Assembly (NCBI GenBank): GCA_010405405.1
Contig: MU004230.1
Coordinates: 1,832,627 to 1,896,626, forward strand
DNA from: Microthyrium microscopicum
Lineage: Eukaryota
Reading direction: 5' to 3'
DNA: 64,000 bases
Position numbers and translations under genes: made by a program. How positions within the stretch are numbered: position 1 is the stretch's first letter; every line of letters starts with the position of its first letter. This document shows, piece by piece, positions 25,313 through 37,587 of the stretch. The notes below the pieces were generated by a model, which searched no databases, was not told the DNA's origin, and saw only the letters and a program-made list of their open reading frames with translations.

Positions 25313-26085
25313 ATGGATCACCCCGCTCACCACATGGATATGGACCACGGCAAAATGCCAATGCCAGGCGGCCACAAGTGCAGCATGAGCGTTCAAAATC
25401 CCCCCTTCCTGCAACTTCATGCGCCATAGTAACAGCTAGCTAGATGCTTTTCACCTGGTCTACGCAAGACCTCTGTATCGTCTTCCGCTCCTGGCACGTC
25501 AGCAACACCTTCACACTTATTCTCTCGTTGCTGCTCATCGTCGCGTTATGCGCTGGATACGAGGCAGTGCGCGAAGTGACTCGGCGGTACGAAGCGTCAT
25601 GCGCGGTCAAGAATGAGAGACTTCCTAGTAAGTTTCCCAGTTCTCAGCTCATATCCACGATACGATACAATACGGCGGTTACAATAATGCGTGTGGAGAG
25701 TGGTGGCTGTGATGGGGTTGATGTGTTTGCTTTTCTCCCTTTGCAATTGGTTTGGGACATATAACTAAGCCTGGTCAAGGCGACGATGATCAATTCAACG
25801 AATCGAGCTCATTGTTGGCGGTAGGAAGTGCGCGGCCACAAGCGGAGCGGACGAGCGAGATTGTCAAGGCGGCGCTGTATGCTGTGCAGGTGTTTTACTC
25901 CTTTTTCATCATGTGAGTACCTCCTACTATCTGCTATTCGTGACGGAGACTGATAGGAGAGATTCAGGCTATTGTTCATGACGTATAATGGCTATATCAT
26001 GTTGGCAGTGGCCGTTGGTGCGTTTATAGGTCACTTAGCGTTTGGTGCCAAAACGCCGGCCACCAAGAGTGCTGCATGTCATTAG
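25313..26085 (+). CDS. Ctr-family copper transporter (Ctr2-like)
   Basis: His/Met-rich N-terminus, CSMS|MLFTW, the MxxxM motif in FFIMLLFMTYNG, GxxxG, and a C-terminal CH. Three introns. Confidence 0.9.
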
Positions 26086-26278
26086 CGTATTAGGGAATGG
26101 CGTTGAACGATATATGTGATGGAGTATTCATGAAAGGGCAGACAGGCTTTGACATGGTGGGAATGGACTGGATGCCCGTGTGAAGTGATACGAATTGCGC
26201 TTCATTTCTAAATACAGCTTCTGGGACAATCAAATATAGTACAACCTCTCAATCTTTTCGCCATATAGCGCTTTGCTC

Positions 26279-29200
26279 CTAATCTTCCATCTCAACGTCG
26301 CCATCCTCATCTTCCTCTTCCTCTTCTTCGTCGTCGTCATCCTCCCCTTCGGCAACGTTGACCTTGAACGTCTGAACCTGATCCACACCCACGTAGCTAT
26401 CACTCATCAAATACAGAGTGAGCTCTTGCTCGCCAGCCGTGGGTACCACATATTCGAGCTTTGTTTGCAGCTTGCGTCCAATCATGACCCGCTTGAGCGC
26501 ACACAGAGCTTTAGTCGTCTCATTGCCAACCACCAGCCACCAATTCTCCGACTTTTCTAGAGGGTAGAACGGCGCATGTACGGTCGTGTTGAGCTCCTCA
26601 TCTTCTTCAAGCTGGCGCTCGATCGTCACATTGAGGTAAGACGGAGCATTAGCCACCACATCATCCGGATCCACGACCTTGAAATCAATTTCAATATTGG
26701 GATAGCGGTTGTTGGTGAATTCGGCTGCGTCTGTAAGTTGGCGATTCGACAGACCAAGGGATTTGACAAGCTTGGCATAATCTTTGTTCTCGTCAGGGTC
26801 CATGGATTCCATGAACTGCATAATGTCCTCAATGCCAGCGTCAGTGGCTGCTTTGACAACGCGTTCGTCAAAGTGTGGAATCTGCTTGAGCGGGCTGTCA
26901 CGATCCCACATAGCCTGGACTACCATTTGCAGCACCTCCATGGGGAGTGTGGCATTCAAGTATCCTTCAGACGATAGCACGTCGACACAGGCAGAAAGCA
27001 GCGGAAGCATCTTGCGTAATAGTGTCTCTTGGTCTTTGGCCAGATCGATGGGCAGAGCGAGACGTGAGAAATGTGCTTGGAGCAGTACAAAGGCTTTGAA
27101 ATGCGGCGAGTCCCATTGTGGAGAGGCCATTTTAGCCGGCACGCGCTCGTAGATACGTCGAAGAACAGCATCTTCATGTCGGCGAATTTGGATGCTTTCA
27201 AACTCTGTAGCAGATGTGACAATCTCAAGTAGACCTTTTTGCCGTGTCTTGGCAGTTAGAGACATGAGGAAGGTTTGCATGGTGATAAATGAGATATCGT
27301 AGTAGGCGGCAATCATGCAAGGGTTGAGTGGTGTGATGCTGTCGTCTTCTTCGTCAAGTTCAATGATCTTGGCCTCGACAAGTTCTTTGAGCGTCGACTC
27401 TACAAGGTCTGACAAGAAACCGCTCAGTCCCTCGTGAGAAGTATCGACCAAACCATAGAAACTAGGGTTGGCGAGAAGACGGCGGTAGAAGTATGTGTAG
27501 GTGACCCAATCCATGGCTTCTTGCGTTGACTCGATGACCTTGGTGCTTATTTCTGCCACAAATGCATCGTGGAGATAAGACTGAAGCTGACTCTCCATTG
27601 GCAGCGCCTCGTTCAAGAACTTTTTGTAGTAGTCGCGCTTCACAGCTGGCACCATGAGAACACCACGACTAGTCTTGTCTTTTCCTATTCGCCCGGCTTT
27701 GCCAAACATTTGCAACACTTCGCTAATGGGATAATCAACGTAGCGGTGTTCGCGACCTTCAAAGAATTGAGTGCCCATTACAATAACCAAGTGGGCAGTA
27801 GACTCAATCTGCCAGCAAGAGTCTCGTGATACGAGCAGAACTTGAATAGCGCCAATGTTGAACAAGTGCTGGACGGCTCGTTTGTCAAAAACATCGAGTG
27901 CTTCGTGGAAGAACCCAATACCATGCTGCAAAGACTCCACGAGAGCACGCTCGTTGATCTTTTCTAGAATTGGCTGAAGTTGATCTAGAGAAGCATTTAG
28001 GAATCTGTCCTCATTATCATCTGCAACACATGCAGACAAAAGATCAAGTGCTGTCTGTCGAACTTGTTTGCGGCTGGGTACGAAAACCATTGCAGGCTTG
28101 TCTGAGGACATTTGTAGAATAGCTTGATAAGTCGGTCGAGCCATGGCAAGCATTAGAGACGGATAGTGAGGTATGGTAAAAGATTGGAGGTGGAGTTCGA
28201 GAGGGATAGCGCGAATGTGTGGGCTGAAATTGTATATGGTATGCTTCGTAGCACCTATCCACTCTCCGATATCACGAGCATTGGATAGAGAAACACTCAA
28301 TCCTACGATACGCATGCCGGATTCCAATTGGATCGACATTGCATGCATTCGCGAGACGCCGATTTCGTAAGTGTGTCCTGCTTGGCCCCCGACAAGATGG
28401 ACATCGTCACAAATAAGCAAGCCAACTTTTTGGACGCTTTCTCGCTTCTGCCATCGTCGAGAAATAATATCCCATTGCTGCGGTGTGGCTAACACAAGAT
28501 CTGCTTGATCTAGACGACGAAGGTCGGCTGTTGTCTCGCCACTAAGCTTGACTATCTCTTTGCCGCCTCGAACCTTGCTGAGTCGTGTCTGCCAATCCTT
28601 TAAACGTGTGTCGACTTGTTCTTGCTGTGGCGCCAAATAGACTACCTTGGAGTCACCCTCCGCTTTCCAGTGCCGGAGCAACGCAAACTCGGCGCAGACA
28701 GTCTTTCCATTGCCAGTAGAAGCACCAATGAAGACGCTGTCATCCGAAGAGTATAGTGACTGAAACACTTGAGTCTGTATCTTATTGAACTTCTCCAAGT
28801 CGGGATAGAGATTGATGTATTCTTTGACCTTCAGAGCTGCCACTGGAAGCGGCTGTAGATCCAAAAGTGGAGTATGTGGAGGGAATTTCTCCGGGAGGAT
28901 GAGCTTCTGAAATGATACTGCCAATTTCGTCTCTGAATGCATCCAGCGATCAGACACAACTGTGACAAAGTAGTTTGGTGGCATGGGCTCAGTGATCGGT
29001 ACTGTGAACTCCAGGATATGCTCATTCATCTCGTTTTCAGCATAGTTCCGCCGTAAGAGAAATTGATCGTGAAACAGGATATCCTCGCCATCACAGTCTT
29101 CTACCAGTATCCAGAAGCTCTCAGCAGTGCCATGTATCTCCACATCCCACTCGAAATTTGGTGTAATGGTGAGTTCGACGCGTAGCATAGACCGTGTGAT

Positions 29201-32200
29201 GGGTTGGATCTGGGCCTGGACCTCAAGTCGCGGAAACTTAGCCACAAGACTACAAGCGGTTTTTCCTGCTTTTGGCATGCCGAGCAGTTCGCCCATTCTC
29301 GGTGGATCCAGATCAAAATAGCTTGACCAGGGCACATCAATGCGCTCAGCCTTTTGAATAATGTCCCGTGGGCAGCTGGGAAATTGTCGCAATGGACTCA
29401 TGGTAGGCCACATTCGCTTCTCAGCCATCTTGCACAGATCAAGCGTTGTCTTTGCCACCGTAGCCCATCCTTTGCGTAGTGCAATTTCGAACATTGCTCT
29501 AAGGATACGGCCAGCAGACTGAGTGACATAGACGAGATCAGCCATCAAAGCGAGGCCTTCGAGCTTGAGTCGGGAGATGTACGCTTGAAGAAGCACGTTG
29601 ATTTTGGCGTGAGGCTCTTCGATGGTTTCCTTGACAGGAACCGGAACCTTTCCAAGTAGCTTGGCGAGTTCCAGCTTTTCATCCTGTCGAACTGGGATGT
29701 ATTTGAACTCCTCGCTGAGTGCAAAAATGCGGAAAAGCTCAATGGTGGTAACGGAGGGCTGAATGTGTTGATTGTATGTGAGCATGGAAGTGTGACTGAT
29801 ATAGTAATGTGAAGCAACTCGACCCAATTCTGTAGACTGAAAGCGGCCTGATTGGAGGTCGTATTTGACCAAGCTACACTTTTCAAGGACAGTTGCAGCA
29901 GAATGAATGAGGTCGACTCGCTTTTGAACCAATGCGTCGTCATCCTCATACTCGGCGCCAACGCTGTATAAACCGGGTGATCGAATCATTCTAACGTAAA
30001 GATAAGTGTATCCAAGCCACTCAACTGCTTCATCTCTAGTTCGAACATTGCCAAGGACAATCTCAGCATTAAGATTGTCCGCCAGCTTGCTCATAAATTG
30101 ACTTTCGATTGGTAGTTGCTGATTGAGGAGGGAGAGGTAGTACTGAATCTCGGCTTGGGTTGTTATTATAATGCCCTCTCCGTAAGTGTCGTATTGCGGA
30201 CGACCGGCACGACCAAGCATTTGGAGGACATCTTGTGGACTGAGTTCAACCCAGCTACCTTTTTCGGGTGAGTAAATCTGAGTTCCCTTGATGATGACGG
30301 TATGGGCCGGGAGATTGACACCCCAGGCTAGGGTCGCTGTACAGACTAGAACTTGAAGAAAGCCATCGGCGAACAAGTCTTCAACAGACGTTCTATCAGC
30401 TCGAGTCATACCTGCATGATGAATGCCAAAGCCATAAGGAATGAGATCTTTCAGGTCAGCGTTTGCAACTTGATCAGCTTCTGAACGTAAGATTTCTCGA
30501 CGTCCAGCATCGCTCTTCATGATCTGTCCAATAGTATCTTCTTCAAGCATCTTGTCTCGAATGTATTTCGCAGTCTTGGCTGTTTCTTTTCGAGAGTGAA
30601 CAAAGATAAGCATTTGGTTCCCTTGACCGCCAACTTGTTCGAGTACTTTGGTATAGCACACGTCGTTCATGATCTTTAACTGTTTGATAGCTTTCTTGTC
30701 TGTCACGCCAATGTATTCTTGCTTGAGCGGACAAGGTCTGAAAGAGCCATCGAAATGGAACAATCCCTTGACTGGATCAACTCGAAGGAAGCTGGCGACA
30801 TCGCGATAGTTGGGAAGTGTAGCACTGAGGCCAATGAGCCGCACTGGATCACCCGTCTGTTCGGTTCTTCGGATTGTTCTGCTGACGATACTTTCTAGAA
30901 CCGGGCCACGGTCGTCGTGGAGCAGATGAATTTCGTCAATACAGATCAGGCGCACCAGGTTCGTATAACTTGTATCGGTAGCTTTGCGTGTGATGACATC
31001 CCATTTTTCGGGCGTCGTAACAATCACCTGAGTTTCTGCGATCTGTGCCTTGGTGAGTTGTCTATCACCAGTCAACTCCGAAACCGTGATACCATACGGC
31101 TTGAGGCGAGCTCCAAAATTGCCGACTTGTTCTTGAACCAAAGCCTTGAGTGGTGCGATATAAACGATTTTGAACTCATCGAGGTTGATCTCACCCGTTT
31201 CTGGATTTCGATGTTTGCCAATTTCTCTTAATATCGTCAGCATGGCGACGTTTGTTTTACCGGAGCCAGTTGGGGCACATATGAGCATATTTCCGTCATC
31301 TTTAAATGCAGATGGGTAGCACTTGGTCTGAATTCTGTTCAGCTTGGCTGATTTGCCAAATCCTATCCGCGCCCAGTCAGGGAGCTCTGACGTCGGCATG
31401 TCGCGTTCGTTGGGATCTCGTTTAGCCTTTGGAGCTGGGACATGAATTTCTTCATAGCCTTTGAAAGCTCGTTTTGTTGATCCTTGTGGTAATTTGACAT
31501 TAGGATTCGTCATGAGATGGTTGCCTTGCTCGAAAACAAGATTGTTTAGGTTGATCAGCCGCTTTGGTTGCAGAACGCCTTCCTTCATTCCGGCCTTTGC
31601 TCCATCAGTCGTATCTTCGTCTTTGGCATCTGGAATTTCGAGGTTTTTAAGGTCGAGCTTCATCTTGTTACCGCCATCTGTGTCATTCCCAGTTGCAGCT
31701 TCTCGAGTCTTCAGCTCTACAAGAATATTACGATGGCCGGCGGCGATCATTTCTCGTTCGACTGCAGTTCGCGCCGCAGTATCTTCAGCAGCACGCCGCC
31801 ACTTAGTCACCCATATGATCTTGTCGCGGTTCACGACTAGCTTGGACACAAGCTCTGGCTGTTCGTAATCGAAAACCTCCATGAGATCATTTTCAATCTC
31901 ACGAAGAGACTTCTCCTCGCCATCCTCACCAAGACCAGATAGAATCTCTTCCACGTCTTGCGTCTTCTCTTGCTGAGTGTGAGGATCGTCGTAGACTCGT
32001 CCAATTTGCCGTTGTAGCCAATATGTATCTATTTCATGAACTGGAATGTGTTTTGGATCAGATTTGGTTGACTCCGTGCCATTCGAGGTAGCACCTATTA
32101 TCAAACCTCCGTCCTCGTCGGTCTGCATCGCTTCTGCACCCTGATTGGCGTCATCATCATCGTCCTCCTCGTCCGGATTGGCGTCAGAGTCGTCATCATC

Positions 32201-32962
32201 CTCACGAACTTCGAACGTTTGGTTTGCATCTTCTTCGTCCTCATCTTCGTCGAAAACAACAGCCACACCTTGGCGATCATCCATCTCTTCCTCGTCCTCG
32301 CCATCACCGTCACCCATGGCCTCATCTTCATCCTGGGCATCATAATCTGTAATCTTCTTGCCCAAATTTACCATCTCATTAAACTCCTTGGCGCCCATCG
32401 TCACGCCTAGTATATCATCCACCTCTTTCTTGCGATCAAAGTCTTTCAACTCTTCATCTTTCAAGTACTCCAGTACAGCATCAGCAGCACTCCGTACCAC
32501 CGAGCTGGGCACATCGCCTAGATGTCGCGCCACAATTATCGTAATCAGACTATATGTCTCGCGCGTCTGTGCTGTGCGTGGGCGATATTTCAGCCCCTCG
32601 ACTAACAGATCTTGCTGGCTCAGTACGCCCGACTCCTTGACCTCGATGCCACGAGCCTTGGGCCGCATTGCACCATCGCCCATGCTTCCGCGCTCAATGT
32701 CGGCACCCTGCAGGCGCGCGCGCTTCTGCACTGGTGCAGCATCGCGCAGTGTCCGCCCGCCCATATCGCGAATGCTTATGCGGCCTGCGAGTGACTCGGG
32801 ATCTCCAGTGTTTTCATCGGTCCGGCGCGTTACGAATCTTCGATCTGCTTGGAGGACCAAGTTGGACATGGCAGTATATTTGAACTGGGCGAGGTTGCTG
32901 TTATTCGCCGCATTGCCGGTCGATTGGCCGCTGGCGCCGCCTGCTCCTTTGCGGTCGGCCAT
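26279..32962 (-). CDS. BRR2: U5 snRNP DExD/H helicase Brr2 (2227 aa, intronless)
   Basis: N-terminal FKYTAMSNLVLQADRR, followed by two Ski2-like helicase/Sec63 cassettes (APTGSGKT, DEIH, QMLGRAGRPQYD; the second cassette is degenerate). Confidence 0.98.
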   Translation of the reverse strand: MADRKGAGGASGQSTGNAANNSNLAQFKYTAMSNLVLQADRRFVTRRTDENTGDPESLAGRISIRDMGGRTLRDAAPVQKRARLQGADIERGSMGDGAMRPKARGIEVKESGVLSQQDLLVEGLKYRPRTAQTRETYSLITIIVARHLGDVPSSVVRSAADAVLEYLKDEELKDFDRKKEVDDILGVTMGAKEFNEMVNLGKKITDYDAQDEDEAMGDGDGEDEEEMDDRQGVAVVFDEDEDEEDANQTFEVREDDDDSDANPDEEDDDDDANQGAEAMQTDEDGGLIIGATSNGTESTKSDPKHIPVHEIDTYWLQRQIGRVYDDPHTQQEKTQDVEEILSGLGEDGEEKSLREIENDLMEVFDYEQPELVSKLVVNRDKIIWVTKWRRAAEDTAARTAVEREMIAAGHRNILVELKTREAATGNDTDGGNKMKLDLKNLEIPDAKDEDTTDGAKAGMKEGVLQPKRLINLNNLVFEQGNHLMTNPNVKLPQGSTKRAFKGYEEIHVPAPKAKRDPNERDMPTSELPDWARIGFGKSAKLNRIQTKCYPSAFKDDGNMLICAPTGSGKTNVAMLTILREIGKHRNPETGEINLDEFKIVYIAPLKALVQEQVGNFGARLKPYGITVSELTGDRQLTKAQIAETQVIVTTPEKWDVITRKATDTSYTNLVRLICIDEIHLLHDDRGPVLESIVSRTIRRTEQTGDPVRLIGLSATLPNYRDVASFLRVDPVKGLFHFDGSFRPCPLKQEYIGVTDKKAIKQLKIMNDVCYTKVLEQVGGQGNQMLIFVHSRKETAKTAKYIRDKMLEEDTIGQIMKSDAGRREILRSEADQVANADLKDLIPYGFGIHHAGMTRADRTSVEDLFADGFLQVLVCTATLAWGVNLPAHTVIIKGTQIYSPEKGSWVELSPQDVLQMLGRAGRPQYDTYGEGIIITTQAEIQYYLSLLNQQLPIESQFMSKLADNLNAEIVLGNVRTRDEAVEWLGYTYLYVRMIRSPGLYSVGAEYEDDDALVQKRVDLIHSAATVLEKCSLVKYDLQSGRFQSTELGRVASHYYISHTSMLTYNQHIQPSVTTIELFRIFALSEEFKYIPVRQDEKLELAKLLGKVPVPVKETIEEPHAKINVLLQAYISRLKLEGLALMADLVYVTQSAGRILRAMFEIALRKGWATVAKTTLDLCKMAEKRMWPTMSPLRQFPSCPRDIIQKAERIDVPWSSYFDLDPPRMGELLGMPKAGKTACSLVAKFPRLEVQAQIQPITRSMLRVELTITPNFEWDVEIHGTAESFWILVEDCDGEDILFHDQFLLRRNYAENEMNEHILEFTVPITEPMPPNYFVTVVSDRWMHSETKLAVSFQKLILPEKFPPHTPLLDLQPLPVAALKVKEYINLYPDLEKFNKIQTQVFQSLYSSDDSVFIGASTGNGKTVCAEFALLRHWKAEGDSKVVYLAPQQEQVDTRLKDWQTRLSKVRGGKEIVKLSGETTADLRRLDQADLVLATPQQWDIISRRWQKRESVQKVGLLICDDVHLVGGQAGHTYEIGVSRMHAMSIQLESGMRIVGLSVSLSNARDIGEWIGATKHTIYNFSPHIRAIPLELHLQSFTIPHYPSLMLAMARPTYQAILQMSSDKPAMVFVPSRKQVRQTALDLLSACVADDNEDRFLNASLDQLQPILEKINERALVESLQHGIGFFHEALDVFDKRAVQHLFNIGAIQVLLVSRDSCWQIESTAHLVIVMGTQFFEGREHRYVDYPISEVLQMFGKAGRIGKDKTSRGVLMVPAVKRDYYKKFLNEALPMESQLQSYLHDAFVAEISTKVIESTQEAMDWVTYTYFYRRLLANPSFYGLVDTSHEGLSGFLSDLVESTLKELVEAKIIELDEEDDSITPLNPCMIAAYYDISFITMQTFLMSLTAKTRQKGLLEIVTSATEFESIQIRRHEDAVLRRIYERVPAKMASPQWDSPHFKAFVLLQAHFSRLALPIDLAKDQETLLRKMLPLLSACVDVLSSEGYLNATLPMEVLQMVVQAMWDRDSPLKQIPHFDERVVKAATDAGIEDIMQFMESMDPDENKDYAKLVKSLGLSNRQLTDAAEFTNNRYPNIEIDFKVVDPDDVVANAPSYLNVTIERQLEEDEELNTTVHAPFYPLEKSENWWLVVGNETTKALCALKRVMIGRKLQTKLEYVVPTAGEQELTLYLMSDSYVGVDQVQTFKVNVAEGEDDDDEEEEEEDEDGDVEMED

Positions 32963-33500
32963 GTTGTGTTATGTGAAGAAAGAGCGTATTGTGGGTGAGG
33001 AGTGGCGATTTGTGACGGTTTAAATGGAGTGAGGGCGTGAGAGGAGTGGTGTAAAAGAGATGGCGGGATGGGTTATATTTTATTTTGGTGGAGGAGAAAA
33101 GTTCAGGCTGCATAGCATTGCCCGTGATTTTAGGCAGTCTGTGCACGGGTAGCTTGATCATCATCCAACCAATCAGCGGCTTCAGCCTCCAGTGCCATAA
33201 GGCTGACCCAATACACAGTTCAGTGGCTCTTTCTCTAGAATTGCTAAGGTAACACATTTATGCATGCAGAACAAATGCCATTTGCTTAGCATAGGACAGC
33301 AGATATTCTTGAAATGGCAGTCGACATTTCAAGGGAGCTAGTAATAGTAAAAAAGAAGAACTATAAAGTTCATACCGATACAACATGGAATCGTAACATC
33401 ATCATCAAACACTTTGCGCCATACAAAACCGTCTTACAAGGGTATCATTACCAGCATCCAGCCAGCGTACTCCGGCGTCCCGCGCCCGTCCTAATCCATA

Positions 33501-35056
33501 TCAATCTTCCCAGGGCCATTCGCCATCCGCGACTCTTGTACAGGTCAGATAGTTCACGCCAGTCGAAGCATCAAGCTCCAAAAAGTTGCGTGTCAGTGGC
33601 TGGACAGCGTCGCGAGCCACGTTCTTTAGCTCTTCTAACCTGCGTTCCGCACGCTTGAGGTTGTCTCGTGAGTACAGTTCTGGTGAGCATTTGAGGAAGC
33701 GTTTGATTTCATCATGCGGAAGGTAGGCTTGACCACCAAGTCCAACAAGACGGAAGATGCGCGCTATCGCAAGTTGCGGATTTAGCGGTGGTGCACTGGC
33801 CCGACTGGTGCTCGGTCTGGCCCGTGAGGTACTAGACGATCGACTGCCGGAATCTTTGAGAATGCCAACGGGACCGGGGGTTGTGTTTTCTGCAAACCAT
33901 TGCCGCCAGAGACTAACCACTAGCCAGTCTAGCCATGATACACTAGGTCCGACACGCTCCCCGCGAGACGTGGTGAGGTTGAGGCGCCAAAGCTTTGCTT
34001 CAATGCGGCGTCGTTGTTCGTCCAACTCGTCTACTTTATCCTCCACGAGGTCAAGAACATGTGGTGGCACTTGACCTCGAAGGGCGTTTTCCGATGTTGG
34101 CCAAGTACCAACAACGTGGATGAGGGCTTCTCCGAAAATGGCTCGACTACGCGCGAGGTAGCCTAGCTTTAGGTATGATGGCGGGTATTTGGCAATTTGC
34201 TTCCAAAGACGAGAACCGAAGCGCAGCAGATGGTGATCCACCCGTGGTCCAATGACTTGGAGCGCCTCGTACGCTGCCGCAAGCTGAAGCAGAGATTTAC
34301 ATTCGGTATACGCGACTGCGATATTAGTCTTGTCGAGGATAGGTTCGTGGTTGTAAAATATTCGAAAGAGGTTGGAATAAGTACGGAGGACGTCATCACC
34401 AGGCTCTGGTGCAGGTTGATTTATGTGCAAGGCTGAGAAATTGGTCATACTGCGAAAGAACCCATTCGATGGTGCTGGGGGCTTGGGACGTAGAGGCGGA
34501 GGATGTGACTGATCGGTGGATATTGGTGATGAAGAAGGCTTCTCATGGTCAGTACGTTTCTGCGTTCCCATCGCGATGTGTTACATACCTTTAATATCAG
34601 CATGGGCATTGGGTCGTCTACGCCTTTGGTCCAGTCCAATTCGAATCTTATCTTCCGCTTGCCTACAGGAGCCCGACTACTGGAAGATCCCGGCGAATCT
34701 GCACCATCTCCTATTCCAAGTACGTCTTCGAACCAGCCGGAACATTGCGCAAGGTATAATCTGTGTAGAGTAAATCTCTGCTCCTTCCTTCCATTCTTTA
34801 GTATAATATCGACATCACCGGTCCTGTCGAAAGTTGGAAATTCGTTGAGTGTACCGTGGCCCGAAGAACTACTTGATGCTGTGGTAACACCAGCGTGTGA
34901 TTTGGAGTAGCCGTGTCTCTCGTGTCGTTGCGAGTGCCGACTAGGACGGAGTGTGACTGAACTCCGACCGGATGCAACTGATGGAGCGCGGGAGGGCCGA
35001 TATCCACCAGGAAGAGTTGATGATGACATGCTATGATCATCAGGATAAGATACCAT
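33501..35056 (-). CDS. Conserved fungal protein with an N-terminal BTB/POZ-like segment
   Basis: GDVDIIL...FTLHRLYLAQCSGWF resembles a BTB start. One intron (donor 34588, acceptor 34539 or 34542) joins the 203-aa and 356-aa ORFs in frame. Confidence 0.7.
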
Positions 35057-37587
35057 GGTTGCGATTGAAGTTGTTCCGTGTTCTGCTCGAAAACTTCAGA
35101 GGCTATTCTAGACCAGGCTGAGCAAAATGCATTGTTTTGGGGCCAGTCGCGGATGATGACAGGCGGGACACGCAGAACTCGCGGGTGTCGTGGTATCGTT
35201 CTTGATGTATGAGCGAGCAGTACCAGAATCAATATCAGGATGATTGTAATGTTTTGGTGATAATCGTGGATTGCGGAGTGGCGAGTGGTGCGATTGAAGG
35301 AAAGGGTCCCAGCCTCGTGGTTACTTGATATGGCAACGACTGTACGAGGGTCGCTCCTGCTGCCCCGCGTGCAAGAGTCGAGTTGGGACAAAGGCGAATT
35401 AAATGAACAGGGATGACTCGAGTGCTCCCTCCAGGCTAGGCGACTTTGAAACGTGCTGGTCAACAACACCACTTCTTTCCAAGAATATGTCCAGTTGGTA
35501 GTCGCAGCAAGAAATTCCGGATCGCAAAGAAGATGGAGCAAAACGGCTGTGGAGAAATGGGACTTTGCCAACTTCAAATGGAAGCGAGTCACACTCAAAG
35601 AGTGTGGCAATCTCGAGGCGGGCACAGCCTCACGCCCCAAGCCTTTTGGCGAATCAACGGCCAAAGCCGGCCATTAACGGGCACTGCGACTCTTGACCTG
35701 CATATCGAAACAAGGAATATATCCTTTAAACAAGAGCTTGGGCCGGTGGTTGGTCCTGCGACTTCAGCAACGTGAGCGTGGAGATCCTCTTGTGCTTAAG
35801 CTGCCGTGGCTACTTTTCATTTCAGAGGGCCAAATCTACAAGCCCATGACCCTACACTAGACGAGCCAGATCATTCAGGATTCAGGAGTACAGGTCAGAA
35901 AGAGTATTGAAGAAAAGCTATCACAATGGCCTCATGCGGCTTGATGCCTCGTGCCGAAGCTCCCGTAGACTATGTACCTGCTTCTCGTTGCAGGAAGCTA
36001 CATCTCACGATCCGCCCTCTTGAGAAGCTTCACTCTCCTCCATCATTCCACCGCAGGGCTGATTTACTGATATCCAGCTTCCACATCATTCCGAACTGCT
36101 TTGCGCGCCGCAATGAGTCAGTTCATGGGCACTGCTGGTCTCTTGCGAAGCAATGTCCTGAGAAGAGGGGTGTCTTTGGTCCAAAAGTAATAACTACTAA
36201 TAACTAACAGGTAACCATACAACAAAGTAAAATATGCGGCACTTCAAACCTCGGTATGCCCCAGCTATTCTTCGATAACCCGAACGTTCTGGTCCTGTCA
36301 AAATAAGGTATCAGCCATGTTCCCATGTTCAAGTTGCCCATAAATTCAAGCGTCAGTGTCGCGGCCCTACAAAGGATGTTGCTTTGGCCAGCAAGTCAGT
36401 CTAGATTAGGTAAAGTTCTGACTTGAAGGTAGAACTCAGGAGCTGCGGAGTTAGGAACGCGCATTCTGGTACAGTCACAGATACTTTCCGTGAAGAGCCC
36501 GAAGCTTCTGGTACTATTGTCTTTAGGGAAAGTGTTGAGATTGCGCATAACTGAGTTCACAAGTGTACATCAAAGGGAGTGCTGCTCCAAGGATGTTTTC
36601 ATTGAAGAACTTCTCGGCAATTACTACGCTTCCAGCTCTATAGTTGTCCATTTCACTGATAACAACGCTCAATGTCCTTTGCTCGGCAAATCATGGAGTT
36701 TCAGTGTCTGAGTTATGCCATTGAATAAGCAGTATCTGTGACTCCACCACGAGCCAACAATACTTGTCATCAATATGAGCAGTCTTGCAGTCTCTCTGAG
36801 CTAGGCGCTTGCCATTATAGGTCCAGAATAATGCTACATCTGTAGGAATAGATGGTTTTGTAGGAATAGCAGCCGTTCTTTGATAAAGGCAAAAGTCGAG
36901 GTTTAAGATTCTATGGAGTGATAGCTCACCTCCAGTCGGCTACCATTCTGCTTTGACAAGGATCGAGATGGCTCTCTGATAAAGCAAGCAGGGGCTAGTG
37001 GTGCTCAATCTGGAAAGTTCATCTTGTAATGTTTGTTCGATCATATGCTGGCGATAATAGCAAGTAGTATTCTGGAGGAAACAAACAGCCTATACTGGCT
37101 GACGATTGGCTCTTTTGGTCTACATCCGATTGCCAACTAATGCTTGTGTTTGTCGCTCTTACATCGTCGTATCTTCGATGGACACTGGGGTCTTCAACGC
37201 TTTCCTCGACGGTAGTTTTCAGCACACCACTGTTTACACGATGTCTGGAACATACATCAACATCACCATTCAAAAGCATGGAGTCACAAGTTCAGAATGT
37301 CTTACAATCTGAGACTACCTTGTACCTCACCGCACTCTCTATCCGATAAACCCGGCTATGTCTCTGATCTACCTGGAGAACCACATGGATTATCCGAACC
37401 CTGAGATCTTGGGCTAGGTATAGTGACTTGGGCTGGACCGCACTTCAATTCAGGTTTAACATATTCTCGGATACATCGTACTAACCAACAAGTATAGAGG
37501 CCCCAACTCCATTATGAGCTTCGAAAAAAGTTGCCATATGCCCCATATACTCCACTATTTCTCATTGCGCTGCAATCAGATGCGTTG

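Noticed and set aside
34798..35664. 288-aa minus-strand ORF overlapping the BTB-like gene start
   Set aside because: It starts at TTG, has no recognisable domain and overlaps a real gene in another frame. It is probably 5' UTR or promoter sequence.
36690..37349. Possible small gene or pseudogene from short ORFs and splice-like signals
   Set aside because: I could not assemble donor and acceptor phases into a consistent reading frame, and there is no recognisable homology.
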